Made by a program: the position numbers and the translations under genes. Shown piece after piece: positions 1 to 9,959 of a DNA stretch of 64,000 bases. The stretch covers positions 306,134 through 370,133 of the forward strand of contig JBBRNP010000002.1 in the NCBI GenBank assembly GCA_038230255.1, written 5' to 3'. Position 1 is the stretch's first letter. Each line of letters begins with the position of its first letter. Under the pieces are notes generated by a model, which searched no databases, was not told the DNA's origin, and worked only from the letters and a program-made list of their open reading frames with translations. The stretch comes from Chthoniobacterales bacterium (lineage in GTDB: Bacteria; Verrucomicrobiota; Verrucomicrobiia; Chthoniobacterales; UBA10450).

Positions 1-134
1 TTACCCACTTCCGTTTTCGAATTGGCGATTTTTTTCTGTCGATCAGCGATCTGGGCCAAGGTGTCGGCGCGGATTTTTTGCAACGGCCCAAGAAAGAAAG
101 AGAAATAGACGTAGAGCAAGACAACAAAACCCAT
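1..134 (-). CDS. PilO-like type IV pilus assembly protein, N-terminal fragment running off the left edge
   Basis: Minus-strand ATG at 134 lies just downstream of pilN. It translates to MGFVVLLYVYFSFFLGPLQKIRADTLAQIADRQKKIANSKTEVG, one TM helix followed by a coiled-coil-like stretch. Its position after pilM-pilN fits pilO. Confidence 0.35.
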   Translation of the reverse strand, partial: MGFVVLLYVYFSFFLGPLQKIRADTLAQIADRQKKIANSKTEVG

Positions 135-174
135 CGCGCTGAGGGCCAGTTTCTTGATCTGGTCCTTGGAAAAT

Positions 175-843
175 TTAGGAAGATTCATCGTTTTTCGGCT
201 TTTTGCGGCCGGGCGCCGGACTGGCGGCGGGTTTTGGGGCGGCGTTCGGATTAAAAGAGATAGACAACATATAACGCGACATCGGGACATTGGTGCCGCC
301 GAGGTTGGCCACGGTTTCGACGTCTTCGAGTGTTTTAAATTCCGCTTTTACGTCGTGATAACTTTTGCCGAGTTGTTCGAGCAACATTTGGCGCAAATCT
401 TCCGCCGCGGATCTCGGTTCGCGCGCCGCAGCCACGCCGTCGATCATCACAGTGACGCCCTTGTCATCTTCCAACACAACTGCTTCGATGCTGGTCAATT
501 GCGCATTGGGTGGGACGCAGCGTGAAAGTTTTTCCAGGAAGGGTCCCCAAAAAAAGCGATTGTCGATGTAATTGTCGAGCACCCGAGTGGTGTTGATGAT
601 GTTTGTAAGATCGGTGGAGCGCTTCTGCGCTTGAGTCACCTTTGGCTCGAGCTTTTTCCACTCTGCTTCGACGCTGCTGAGCTTGGCTTTGATGTCGAGG
701 GTTTGATAGGCGTTCCACGCGTAATAGAGAAAGAGCAACGCACCGCAGCTCGCGAGGACAAGAATTCCGATCTTGAGCGGGTCGCGTTGCCGCTGCCGCT
801 GCTCCAGAATTTCCTCATGCAGGAGATTGAGGTGAAGTGCCAT
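175..843 (-). CDS. pilN: PilN-like type IV pilus assembly protein
   Basis: N-terminal LNLLHEE motif, then a single TM helix and a coiled coil. It directly follows pilM with a 9-nt gap. Confidence 0.65.
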   Translation of the reverse strand: MALHLNLLHEEILEQRQRQRDPLKIGILVLASCGALLFLYYAWNAYQTLDIKAKLSSVEAEWKKLEPKVTQAQKRSTDLTNIINTTRVLDNYIDNRFFWGPFLEKLSRCVPPNAQLTSIEAVVLEDDKGVTVMIDGVAAAREPRSAAEDLRQMLLEQLGKSYHDVKAEFKTLEDVETVANLGGTNVPMSRYMLSISFNPNAAPKPAASPAPGRKKPKNDESS

Positions 844-852
844 GGCTTCTCG

Positions 853-1932
853 TCAGGTTTTGAAATATTCGAAGGCCGCTCCGCAGGCGACGTTGAGTGA
901 AACGAATTCGTTAGGCAACGTCTGCCGTTTCGCCGCCGGCAGCGCGACCTCGCAGGTCTCGAGCGGGTCCCAAATTTCACATGGCAAGCTCAGTTCGTCG
1001 CTCAGCGCCTGCAAAACGGTTTCGGCCCGGGCCAACCCGCCGGAAACAAAAATTCGGTTAATACCTTCTTCGCGCTGGCCTTCGAAAAACCCAATCGAGT
1101 TGCGCACTTCCATTCCCAAGCGCGCGAGCGATCCGCGACAGATTTCGGTCATTCCTTCATCGCCCTGCTGAATCATCAGCCACGCCGCATCGGCATCGAG
1201 CGCGTCTTCGGCCGTGAGCGCTTGCATCAGCGCCTTGCCGCCGTAATCGATGCTACGAACAAGCACGAGCTCGCTTTTGCTCCCGATCAACACCGTGCTC
1301 TGCAGATGACCCATATCGAGAAGCAGAAAAGCCTCGTTCGTAAAAATTTCGGGATAGGCAAATTCGAAGGCGTTGAACGAACAAACTGGCGCGAGCTGAA
1401 GTATGTCGGCCGACAAGCGGATTTTGTTCGCCGCTCCAACAATTTGTTTCACCTGGCTGCGCAGCATTCCGCCGACCAGATATTTGGTCTGAGTGACAAC
1501 AGCGCTCTGCACCGCAGCTTTACTTCCAGCGGGCGATGGTTTTTCCGGCGTCGATTCCTCATTTGCCTGTCCTGCGACCGGCGCGACATCGAGAACGAAG
1601 TCCTTGCATTCCTGGTTCAAAACCGCCAGGCCGTTCAAGCGCAAAGCAGTTCGGAGCAGGTCAACCGGCGTATCCGGCTGCTCGATGATACGCAGGATCA
1701 TGCTCGGATCGGAGACTGCGAATGCGCACGCCTTGGCGCTGCCACCGAGCTCGCGAAGAAGCTGTTTGAGTTCGCGGGAAAGATCGTCGGCGGAGGCAAA
1801 TTCTTCCGGAACAGGCCGCGACGCGAAGCTTGTCAGGATAAAGCGCGAATCATTTTTTCGCCTGAGGGCAACGCCTTTGAGGACATGCTTGCCCAAATCT
1901 ATGCCGACCACAGAATCTGCACGTTTCGCCAT
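853..1932 (-). CDS. pilM: Type IV pilus assembly ATPase-fold protein PilM
   Basis: Actin/HSP70-like fold motifs (VVGIDLGKHVLKG..., LLLDMGHLQSTVLI, IFVSGGLA). 359 aa, upstream of pilN. Confidence 0.8.
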   Translation of the reverse strand: MAKRADSVVGIDLGKHVLKGVALRRKNDSRFILTSFASRPVPEEFASADDLSRELKQLLRELGGSAKACAFAVSDPSMILRIIEQPDTPVDLLRTALRLNGLAVLNQECKDFVLDVAPVAGQANEESTPEKPSPAGSKAAVQSAVVTQTKYLVGGMLRSQVKQIVGAANKIRLSADILQLAPVCSFNAFEFAYPEIFTNEAFLLLDMGHLQSTVLIGSKSELVLVRSIDYGGKALMQALTAEDALDADAAWLMIQQGDEGMTEICRGSLARLGMEVRNSIGFFEGQREEGINRIFVSGGLARAETVLQALSDELSLPCEIWDPLETCEVALPAAKRQTLPNEFVSLNVACGAAFEYFKT

Positions 1933-2033
1933 GATGCTGCAGGGCCATGTAGCGGGAAACGTGCCTCGCGCTGGCGGTTTTTGGGCGGCGAGCTGCGTAT
2001 CCCTTTTCGCAGGAGCTCGCTAAGCCTTCGCGC

Positions 2034-3446
2034 TCAAGCTGCTACCGCTGCTCGATAGCCGAAGAATTCGCGCTCTTTGATGATCCGCACAACTTCCGGC
2101 GGCACCATTTCCTCCCAACTTTCGTCGCCTGCTTTTAACTTGGCTAGCACAGCCGGCGGATAGATCCGCAGAAAATCTTTCTGGTAATCGGTGATCTCCT
2201 CGATGTGGCGATTGTCGATCAAGTATTGATAAAGCGATTGCAGATTCGGGGCGACTTCAACCTGCGTCGCAGTTTTAATGTTCCCGGTCTTCTCATCGAT
2301 CATCGGATAGACGTAAAGCTTCAGGCCGTGCTTGAACATCCGCCCGAGTGCTTCGAGAATTCCGCCTTCGAGATTGAGATAATATTTCTCGTCGAGAATT
2401 TCGATCAAACTCGGGACGCCCATAACCAGGCCGATCATTCGATTGGTGTAGCGCGAGAGATAACTGGCCAACCGATAATATTCGCCAAACTTCGAGATCA
2501 AGACCGTGCGACCGAGCGCGCCGAGGACGTCCACCCGTGCCAGGAAATCGGCGTGATTGAGTTGGCCTTCCGAAAGCAGATTCTCCAGCGTCATCTCCAT
2601 CAGCACGACCAGCTCTTTTTCTGAGCAACCGCTTTCCTTCAGAAACTGGCGGCGCGCGCCTTCCAACATGTCGTTGGTCGCATAAGTCACCGGCCGGAAA
2701 CTGCCGCGTTCAATCAGGATCGCTTTCTTGTGCAAAATTTCGGATGGCTGCACCATTTCACCGTCGGCCGTGAACATCACCGCATCGGTCAAACCCTGGC
2801 TTACCAGTTGAAGGCTCATCAACCGATTGTCGATGTTGGCGTATGCCGGCCCGGAAAACTTGATCAGGTCGACCTGAATTGTTTCGGGCGCGAGGTTTTC
2901 CTGCAGTGACGAGATCAATCGTTCCGGTTCGGAATGATAAAACGCGCCGTATAGCAGGTTCACCCCGACTACGCCGAGCGCCTCCTGCTGATCGACGTTC
3001 GATTCGTCGAGCATGCGCACGTGGATGATGATCTGGCTCGGTTCGGTTCGCGGTGCGGATTGAAAGCGCACCCCCAGCCAGCCGTGCGATTCGTTGTGCT
3101 CTTTGAAACTCCGGGCCGCGACCGTGTCAGCAAAAACAAAAAACGCTCGCTCAGCGCCAAGCTTCTTGTCCAGGCGCTCCAATAAAAGGTTGTACTCGTG
3201 GTCGAGCATCGTGTTCAAGCGCACTCGACTCACGTAACGATCGGCAGGTCCGTAGATCGCGTCGCTGAAGGTCATATCGTAGGCCGACATCGTCTTGGCG
3301 ATCGTGCCGGCCGCGCCGCCGACGTGAAAAAATCTCCGCGCCACTTCCTGGCCTGCGCCAATTTCGGCGAAGGTTCCGTACTTTTGTCGATCGAGATTGA
3401 TTTGGAACGCCTTTCGGTTCGTCCCGACGTCCATCTCTGCCTTCAT
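2034..3446 (-). CDS. Conserved protein of unknown function (470 aa)
   Basis: Long clean ORF with a non-repetitive, globular-looking sequence (FQINLDRQKYGTFAEIGAGQEVARRFF...). I do not recognise a family. Confidence 0.6.
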   Translation of the reverse strand: MKAEMDVGTNRKAFQINLDRQKYGTFAEIGAGQEVARRFFHVGGAAGTIAKTMSAYDMTFSDAIYGPADRYVSRVRLNTMLDHEYNLLLERLDKKLGAERAFFVFADTVAARSFKEHNESHGWLGVRFQSAPRTEPSQIIIHVRMLDESNVDQQEALGVVGVNLLYGAFYHSEPERLISSLQENLAPETIQVDLIKFSGPAYANIDNRLMSLQLVSQGLTDAVMFTADGEMVQPSEILHKKAILIERGSFRPVTYATNDMLEGARRQFLKESGCSEKELVVLMEMTLENLLSEGQLNHADFLARVDVLGALGRTVLISKFGEYYRLASYLSRYTNRMIGLVMGVPSLIEILDEKYYLNLEGGILEALGRMFKHGLKLYVYPMIDEKTGNIKTATQVEVAPNLQSLYQYLIDNRHIEEITDYQKDFLRIYPPAVLAKLKAGDESWEEMVPPEVVRIIKEREFFGYRAAVAA

Positions 3447-3491
3447 GCGATACTGTAGCGGCGGTCTACAGCCGCCGCAAAAAGGCGAGAA

Positions 3492-4235
3492 CTAAAGCTG
3501 CACTTGCTCGGCGCTATTCGTTGGCATCCAGCCGCGTAAATTATTCGGCAGCGCCACGTAAATCCAATCGCCGCGCTGGCTGACGATTTTGATTTCACTA
3601 CCGGCCGGCAGGGTCAAAACGCGATTGGCATTGTCAGCAGTTGCAAGTCGGGCTTCGACATTCTCTCCGGTTACAATCGCCAATCCACGGCCATTTTTGC
3701 CGTGACTGAGTTGATAAATCGCCAAAATGCCAATCGCGAAGATCGACAACGACAAGACCGACAATGCAATTGCAGCGCCACTGCGCCTTCTCCTAAAGAT
3801 AAATGCCGCGATCGAAAACAGACTGATCCAAAAAGCGATTGCGCCTGTGACGGCGTACTGATTTTCGTTGGCCAACGCCAATACCCGTTCCCATCTACCT
3901 GGAATCAATTCGAGTGCGCGCGCTTCGTCACGTGCGACTCGCAGATTCGCCTGGGCTTCGGGATGATGCGGCTCGAGCGCAAGCGCGCGCTCGTAATTGA
4001 GAACGGCATGGCCGAAATTATTTTTCCGGAAATAAGCATTACCCAAATTGTAAAAAACATTGGGAGTGTCCTCTCCGGAACGCACCAGCTCTTCATAGTC
4101 AGCAATTGCCGCTTTGAAATCGCCGGCGGCATATTCCTGATTGGCTTTGGCAAATTGTGCGGCGGGCTGCGCCATCAAAAATGGCGCGCTAAATAAACTG
4201 AGAGCAATGCAAGTGAGAGCTATTCGAGTTTTCAT
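3492..4235 (-). CDS. BatE-like TPR / TM / SH3 protein
   Basis: Signal peptide, TPR repeats (YFRKNNFGHAVLNYERALALEP), two TM helices and a C-terminal SH3b-like segment (GDWIYVALPNNLRGWMP). It is the last gene of the Bat operon and overlaps the batD stop by 4 nt. Confidence 0.7.
   Translation of the reverse strand: MKTRIALTCIALSLFSAPFLMAQPAAQFAKANQEYAAGDFKAAIADYEELVRSGEDTPNVFYNLGNAYFRKNNFGHAVLNYERALALEPHHPEAQANLRVARDEARALELIPGRWERVLALANENQYAVTGAIAFWISLFSIAAFIFRRRRSGAAIALSVLSLSIFAIGILAIYQLSHGKNGRGLAIVTGENVEARLATADNANRVLTLPAGSEIKIVSQRGDWIYVALPNNLRGWMPTNSAEQVQL
3739..3749 (-). repeat. Iterated word copy (GTTGTCGATCTT)
   Basis: Exact TTGTCGATCTT on the minus strand. Inside the batE-like gene, sense orientation, read as L-S-I-F. 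Confidence 0.9.
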
Positions 4236-6109
4236 GCGCGCAGACTTTCCAGCAATCTCAGGAGTTCTTCTCGTTCGTTGATCGAGATCTTACCGGCTCC
4301 GTTCCCACTTCCGCTGAACCGCAATTCGTCACTGCGCTCGAATAGTGTGCGGAGCTGTGCTTGCTCGTGTTCACCCAAATCAAAAGCTCGCGCTGCGGTA
4401 TCAGCGTCCACCGCGTTCGGGTTCATGTTTTTGGCGAGGGCCGTTTTTACGCGCACGACCTGCGACGCATTTGAAAAGTATTCCTGTGGCGATAACTCGC
4501 TTCGCCGCAACTTCCGCAGGAGCTTAGCAGATTCCTGCTGCAACTCTGCCATCCGCCGGGCGTCGCGATTGTCGATCTTCGCTTGCCGAATTGTCCAGCC
4601 GATGAATCCCAACAACAGAACGAACGGCGCTAATTGCGCGATCCAGAAAATCGGTCGCGCATAAATTGGGGTAAAGGATCGGACGCGCCCGAGATCCGTC
4701 ATCTGATACAAAATGTCCTGCGGCTTGGCTGTTGGCGCAGGCGTCACAGCCACCGTTGCTGTTGGGGTCGCAGCTGTTGCTCCGGCGGCTGGAGCTGTTG
4801 CAGCGCTTGCGGCCGGCGCGGCTCCGCCTTCGACCTGGATCGGGACCGGATTGCTCCGCAAGGTGACGTAATTCTCTTTCACTGGGTCGAAGTAGGCGAA
4901 AACCAGCGGCGGCACGGCCGGTTTCTTTTCGTTAGGCGCGATCACCATCTCGAAAGTTTTCTCGCCACTGATGCCGACGTCATCGTCCTGTTTAAATTTC
5001 GAGGAGGGCGGATACTTGTGCCAGCCCCGTTCGTCCTCGAGTACGGGCCCATTCATCCGATCAAAATTTCCTCGACCGGTGATCGTCGATGTCGCTGTGA
5101 TCGGATCGCCCACTTGCACAGTCTTCGGTTTTGCGTCCGCCGTCATGGTGAAATTGCCAATGGCGCCGGAAAAATTGGGCGGTGCATTCGGGGGAAGCGG
5201 CTTCACGTTGAGCGTGACCGGTTCGCTTCGAATCGGCAATTCGGTTCGCTCGCCCATGCTTCCAAACGGGTCGCTGAAGAACGGATCGGAGAACGGGTCA
5301 TCTAAATTAAACAGATCGAACGGCGATCGTGGACGCGTTGTTCGCGGGGCGCTCGGTCGTCGCGGCAGAACTACAGCGGCCTTGGCGGTGACCGGTCCGA
5401 CTTCAAATTTTCCAGGCCGCGCGGCCGCGATCGCGGTCTTGAACGTGTAAACTTGATAAGTTCTGCCGCCGATTGTTTCCAAGTTTTCGCGCGGTTGCTG
5501 CAGCTTTTGGGTGGTAAAACCCTGACCGGAAAGTTCGGGTCCCTCGTGGAGCCGGCCACGTGCGCGGCTATCGAATCCCAATCGAATTACGGCCGGTACC
5601 ATCTCGCCGACATAGGCATCCTTTTTTGCAACAACCAACTCCGCGAAAGCCAGCTTGCTCCCAACCGTGCTTTGTCCGCTTTGAGGCGCGCCGGCCGAGC
5701 TGCCGGACCTATTGGATCCCTGCGCTACATTCAACACCAGTTCGGGCGTGCGCAGCGAATCGTTTCCGACCCGGACCGTCTGAGGCGGAATTTTAAACTG
5801 CCCGGCCTTCAAGGGCAGAATTGTGTAATTGTAGGTTACGCTGCTGTTGACGTCGAAATTGTGCATCTCGAATTGCCGCGACGTTCCGGTCTGATGAATT
5901 TCCAGGCCGTCGACCGAGATCGTGTCAGGAGCATTCGCGCTATTTGCGCCGTTCACTTTGATCTCCAATTGCACCATCTGTCCGACCCCCGGCTGCGAGT
6001 CGCTTAACACGGCGGTAACGCTCGGAGCGGCCGCAAAACTGGATTGCATCGCCGCGACCGCGATTGGTGCCAAAAATAGAATTCGTCGGAACATCGACAT
6101 CTTCATCAA
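4232..6109 (-). CDS. BatD-like oxygen-tolerance protein
   Basis: Signal peptide, repeated beta-rich modules, a C-terminal TM helix and a helical tail. Its position between batB and batE fits batD. Confidence 0.7.
   Translation of the reverse strand: MMKMSMFRRILFLAPIAVAAMQSSFAAAPSVTAVLSDSQPGVGQMVQLEIKVNGANSANAPDTISVDGLEIHQTGTSRQFEMHNFDVNSSVTYNYTILPLKAGQFKIPPQTVRVGNDSLRTPELVLNVAQGSNRSGSSAGAPQSGQSTVGSKLAFAELVVAKKDAYVGEMVPAVIRLGFDSRARGRLHEGPELSGQGFTTQKLQQPRENLETIGGRTYQVYTFKTAIAAARPGKFEVGPVTAKAAVVLPRRPSAPRTTRPRSPFDLFNLDDPFSDPFFSDPFGSMGERTELPIRSEPVTLNVKPLPPNAPPNFSGAIGNFTMTADAKPKTVQVGDPITATSTITGRGNFDRMNGPVLEDERGWHKYPPSSKFKQDDDVGISGEKTFEMVIAPNEKKPAVPPLVFAYFDPVKENYVTLRSNPVPIQVEGGAAPAASAATAPAAGATAATPTATVAVTPAPTAKPQDILYQMTDLGRVRSFTPIYARPIFWIAQLAPFVLLLGFIGWTIRQAKIDNRDARRMAELQQESAKLLRKLRRSELSPQEYFSNASQVVRVKTALAKNMNPNAVDADTAARAFDLGEHEQAQLRTLFERSDELRFSGSGNGAGKISINEREELLRLLESLRA
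4568..4579 (+). repeat. Iterated word copy ATTGTCGATCTT
   Basis: Exact 12-mer. Inside batD, antisense; the coding strand reads K-I-D-N. Confidence 0.9.
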
Positions 6110-6134
6110 CTATCAACCATCAACCTGCTGAGGG

Positions 6135-8411
6135 TCACCAGTCATTATAGACACGGCGTCGGACCTTGCGTTCATCAAGTTGAACTCGTTGTTCTTCGTC
6201 CTTCATCGACTTCAAGAGAAGCTCGGCCTGTTTCTCACTCATCTGTCCCTCTTTTTCCGCCTCCGCTTCGGCTAGTTGGGCAGCATTCTGCGGATTCTGC
6301 GGCGGTTGGTCGCCATTGGCTCCTTTGATTTCGCCGGCCAATTTTTTTTGCGGTGAAGACGTCGGCGTTGCTGACGGGGTCGCGTTTTCTCCCTCGTCTT
6401 CGCCTTCACCGGGAGAGGGCGATGGCATTTGTTCGTCGCCTTGACCCGGACTTGGCGACTCTTCCGGCTCTTCCTGGTCCCGTCCCGATTGTCGATCTTG
6501 TTTGCCAGCGGACGGACTCGGCGTGGCCTGCGTATTTTTGTTTTCCCCTTTTCCGGGTGAAGATGCGGGCGAAGGCGAAGATTGGTTCCCTGGCTGTTGG
6601 TCTTTGCCTTTTCCCGGTGATGGGGACGGAGTTTCACCTGCCTGAGGTTGCTGATTCTTTTGCGGCTCGTTTTTTGCCTGAGCCTGACTCGATTTGTCCT
6701 GCGAATTTTGATTCTGGCTGTTCCCGGACCGGTTTTGCGATTGTGCCTGCTGATTCTGCTGCTGTTGTTGTTGCTGGTCTTGCTTTTGATCCTTGCCGGA
6801 GCTGCTCTGCGATTGAGATTGTTGTTGCTGTTGATCTTGGTTTTGCTCGCCGCCGTTTTGTTGCTGGTTCTTGTCTTTTTTGTTTTGCTGTTGCGGGGGC
6901 GGCGTGGGTTTTTGTTTCGGATGCTGTTTCAACCGCTCGATCTTCTTTTTGACCTCTTCCAGATTCGCTTTGGCTGCTTCATTTTTCGGATTCAGCTGCA
7001 AAGTCGATTCGTAATGCGACGCCGCGTCGGTCAGGTCTTTGAGCGTGGTCTCGGTCGTTTGGTCCATGTCGGCGCGGTCTTCGAGAGTCCGGCCGAGATT
7101 GAAGTGGCTGTTCTCCTGAAGTCTCTTGTCGGGTGAGAGCAAGGCGTTACTGAACGATTGGAGCGCCTTGGTGTAATCGCCCATTTTGAAAGCGGCGGCG
7201 CCGGCATCGAATTCGATTTTCTCTGTTTGCGATGAATCCGGATGCGATTGCAGATCTTCCTGAAAGCTTTTGTAGGCGTCGTTGTATTTTCCTTCGCGAT
7301 AAAGGTTCAACCCGGTCGCAGTTGCAAACGCAGGCCTTGCGAAAATCAGAAGTAGCGCCGTAGCCGGGACTGCGATCTTTGACCATTGTGGCACCCGAGC
7401 GCGATCGCGGACTCGTTTGCGTTCGCCGATCAAGATCGACATCGTCAGCGCAAGCATGGCTGCGCCCAGCGCCCACTCATAGCGTTCAATCGGCCGCCGC
7501 CCCAACCGCGCATCGATTTCGGCAGCTTTCATGTTAGCCAATCCTTGCGAGTAAAGTTGGGACATCGTGCGCGGCCCGTCGTCGAGGTGAAGATAAAATC
7601 CGCCAGTAGCTTGAGCGATCTCGCGCAGCCGTTTTTCGTCGAGCTTCGATTTTACAACTTGTCCGGCGGAATCTTTTACGAACGCTGTTCCGCCGTCATC
7701 GCTGTTAAGCGGAATGAGCGAGCCTTGCGGTGTGCCGACTCCAATCGTGAAAATTCGCACGCCGGCATCGGCTGCGGTTTTCGCCATTTTCGCGGCGTCG
7801 CCACTCAACTCTTCGCCGTCCGTGAAAATGATCAGCGCGCGATTCCCCGCGGCACTTTTTCCAAAGGTGTTCAGAGCGAGGGTAATCGCTTCTGAGATAT
7901 TTGTCCCGCCTTCGGGAATCGTCTTCGTATCCAGATCGTTAATCGATTCGACCGCTGCTTCGTAATCAATCGTCAACGGCGCCTGCAAAAATGCGCGTCC
8001 CGCAAAGGCGATCAACCCAACGCGATCGCCTTGGAGCTGGTTAACGAGATCTTGGGCCGCGAGTTTGACGCGTTCGAGCCGATTCGGCTGCACATCGTTT
8101 GAAAGCATGCTGCGCGAAGTGTCCACCGCGAAAAGGAGGTCGAGTCCTTTGCGTTTAACGTCTTCATAAATGTAGCCCCATTGCGGGCGAGCAAGACTGA
8201 CGATCGCGAACGCAAGTCCGAGCATTAGCAACGCAAATCGGAAAACCCGCCTCCCGCGATTTACAGTCGCGGCGAGTTGCGGAAGCAATCGCGTCGAAAC
8301 GAATTCGCGAAGTCTCGCAATTCCTCGCTGTTCCGCGCGCGCAAACAACAATGCGAGGACTGGAATTACAACCAGTGCCCAAAACCAGATTGGTGCGCCA
8401 AAGCTGATCAT
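6135..8411 (-). CDS. BatB/BatC-type VWA plus TPR protein with a long Q/S/P-rich tail
   Basis: VWA MIDAS motif (LLFAVDTSRSM), TM helices, TPR repeats, then about 240 aa of low complexity. I chose the start at ATG 8411 (MISFGAPIWFW...), which forms an ATGA overlap with the batA stop. The ORF track extends to 8483. Confidence 0.8.
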   Translation of the reverse strand: MISFGAPIWFWALVVIPVLALLFARAEQRGIARLREFVSTRLLPQLAATVNRGRRVFRFALLMLGLAFAIVSLARPQWGYIYEDVKRKGLDLLFAVDTSRSMLSNDVQPNRLERVKLAAQDLVNQLQGDRVGLIAFAGRAFLQAPLTIDYEAAVESINDLDTKTIPEGGTNISEAITLALNTFGKSAAGNRALIIFTDGEELSGDAAKMAKTAADAGVRIFTIGVGTPQGSLIPLNSDDGGTAFVKDSAGQVVKSKLDEKRLREIAQATGGFYLHLDDGPRTMSQLYSQGLANMKAAEIDARLGRRPIERYEWALGAAMLALTMSILIGERKRVRDRARVPQWSKIAVPATALLLIFARPAFATATGLNLYREGKYNDAYKSFQEDLQSHPDSSQTEKIEFDAGAAAFKMGDYTKALQSFSNALLSPDKRLQENSHFNLGRTLEDRADMDQTTETTLKDLTDAASHYESTLQLNPKNEAAKANLEEVKKKIERLKQHPKQKPTPPPQQQNKKDKNQQQNGGEQNQDQQQQQSQSQSSSGKDQKQDQQQQQQQNQQAQSQNRSGNSQNQNSQDKSSQAQAKNEPQKNQQPQAGETPSPSPGKGKDQQPGNQSSPSPASSPGKGENKNTQATPSPSAGKQDRQSGRDQEEPEESPSPGQGDEQMPSPSPGEGEDEGENATPSATPTSSPQKKLAGEIKGANGDQPPQNPQNAAQLAEAEAEKEGQMSEKQAELLLKSMKDEEQRVQLDERKVRRRVYNDW
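6488..6499 (+). repeat. Iterated word copy ATTGTCGATCTT
   Basis: Exact 12-mer. Inside the batB tail, antisense; the coding strand reads Q-D-R-Q. Confidence 0.9.
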
Positions 8412-9460
8412 GGCAATTTCTTCCAAATGGTTTGGGACAACAGGAGCTGCGCCACCAGCAGACCGCAGCCGCTCATGATGCAAAGCGGAAACAGGTCGCG
8501 GTATTCCTGATATTTCTTCACGGCCACGGTCGATTTTTCCAACCTGTCGATGTCGCTGTAAATCTGCTCGAGCGATTTGGTGTCAGTTGCCCGGAAGAAT
8601 TGGCCATCGGCGATTTGCGCGACTTGTCTCAAGCCGGTTTCGTTAAATTCGACGCGTTGATCTTGATAAACCAGATTGCCAAGCATGTCGGTCATCGGCC
8701 CGCGTTGAGTAAAAATCGGCGCGGGCGCGATTCCGGTAATGCCTGCGCCGATCGCGTAGAAGTGGACCTTCAATGCTTTCACCGCCTCGGCGGCGGTGTT
8801 TGGTGAAATTTTCCCGGCGTTATTCTCGCCATCAGTCAGCAGAACGATCACTCGACTCTTTGACTTCTTGTCGTTCAGCCGATTTGCCGCCGACGCCATC
8901 GCCGATCCGATCGCGGTCCCGTCTTCCACGAGACCGATGCGAACACGTTCGAGATTTTGCAGAAGCCAGTCGTGATCCAACGTCATCGGACTAACGACAT
9001 AAGGCCGCCCGGCGAAAGCGATGATACCGATGCGATCGTTGGGGCGGCCTTCGATGAACTTGCGCGTGACCTCGCGAATTGCGTCCAGCCGGGTGGCACG
9101 GTCTCCGCCAATCGTGAAATCTTTGGTCAGCATCGACCCCGAGACATCGAGCACGAGCATGATGTCGATCCCGCTCGCTTCGACCTGCGTCAGGCTCTTG
9201 CCAAGTTGCGGCCGCGCGAGCGCGATGATGAAGATTGCTAGTGTCACAAAAATCATCGCCCGCAGAAGTCTTCCAACACGCGCGGCGCTTTGTTTGCCGA
9301 TTGCGCGAAGGGTTGATGTCGATGAAAACGTCAGCGCCGCTGCCGGTCCGCGTTTGCCCCGCAAGTAAGCGAGAAGCGGAATTGCCAGGAGAAGTAAAAG
9401 CAACCACGGACGCGCGAAGGTCAGCGCGGTATTTTCCGGCCACCAATCAAGCAAGCGCAA
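8408..9460 (-). CDS. BatA-type VWA domain membrane protein
   Basis: N-terminal TM helices, VWA MIDAS motif (MLVLDVSGSM) and a C-terminal TM helix. Confidence 0.8.
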   Translation of the reverse strand: MRLLDWWPENTALTFARPWLLLLLLAIPLLAYLRGKRGPAAALTFSSTSTLRAIGKQSAARVGRLLRAMIFVTLAIFIIALARPQLGKSLTQVEASGIDIMLVLDVSGSMLTKDFTIGGDRATRLDAIREVTRKFIEGRPNDRIGIIAFAGRPYVVSPMTLDHDWLLQNLERVRIGLVEDGTAIGSAMASAANRLNDKKSKSRVIVLLTDGENNAGKISPNTAAEAVKALKVHFYAIGAGITGIAPAPIFTQRGPMTDMLGNLVYQDQRVEFNETGLRQVAQIADGQFFRATDTKSLEQIYSDIDRLEKSTVAVKKYQEYRDLFPLCIMSGCGLLVAQLLLSQTIWKKLP

Positions 9461-9953
9461 GTTGCTCTCCTTTCACAAAACGCGTGGCCTCTTCGAGCAG
9501 GAGCCGGCTGTCCGCCGGCGTCGCTTCGTAGCGGGCAAACTTAATCAAGTCGCACCGATTCAAGAAATCTTCGAGCAGCGATTTTTCGTTTTCGGAAAAC
9601 GGTGACGACTTCGCGAGTGCGGTGAGAAATTCTACCGATGTCTGCCGCGTCACCGGTAGCGCGTACTGATTGGTGACGTAGCGGCGCAGAATGTCGGAGA
9701 CCCGAATACTAAATAGATAGGGATTCGTTGTTTCGGTTTCGCCTGCGATCAGGTCGAGCTCTTCGAGCGCAATCTCTCGCGGCAATTTCGGCGGTTGGTA
9801 GGACTCACGCTTTCGCTTGAAGAACCAAACGATCAAACCGACAAGGCACAATCCAACAAAACTGCCCAGAAAAATGGCCCAGGTCGGAACGAATGAGTAA
9901 TCAACCGGTGGTGCAATTTCATGAAACTGTTGTTGAGCGAGAAAGATCGGCAT
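9447..9953 (-). CDS. DUF4381-like small membrane protein of the Bat/MoxR operon
   Basis: Single TM helix, 168 aa, in the conserved position between the DUF58 gene and batA. Confidence 0.6.
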   Translation of the reverse strand: MPIFLAQQQFHEIAPPVDYSFVPTWAIFLGSFVGLCLVGLIVWFFKRKRESYQPPKLPREIALEELDLIAGETETTNPYLFSIRVSDILRRYVTNQYALPVTRQTSVEFLTALAKSSPFSENEKSLLEDFLNRCDLIKFARYEATPADSRLLLEEATRFVKGEQLALA

Positions 9954-9959
9954 CGTGGG

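Noticed and set aside
1222-2058. 278-aa plus-strand ORF
   Set aside because: It lies entirely antisense to pilM, which has clear family motifs. Its Arg-rich composition is typical of shadow ORFs.
6648-7136. 162-aa Leu-rich ORF on the plus strand
   Set aside because: It is the antisense shadow of the Q/S-rich low-complexity tail of batB (CAG/CAA repeats read as CTG/TTG). It has no independent support.
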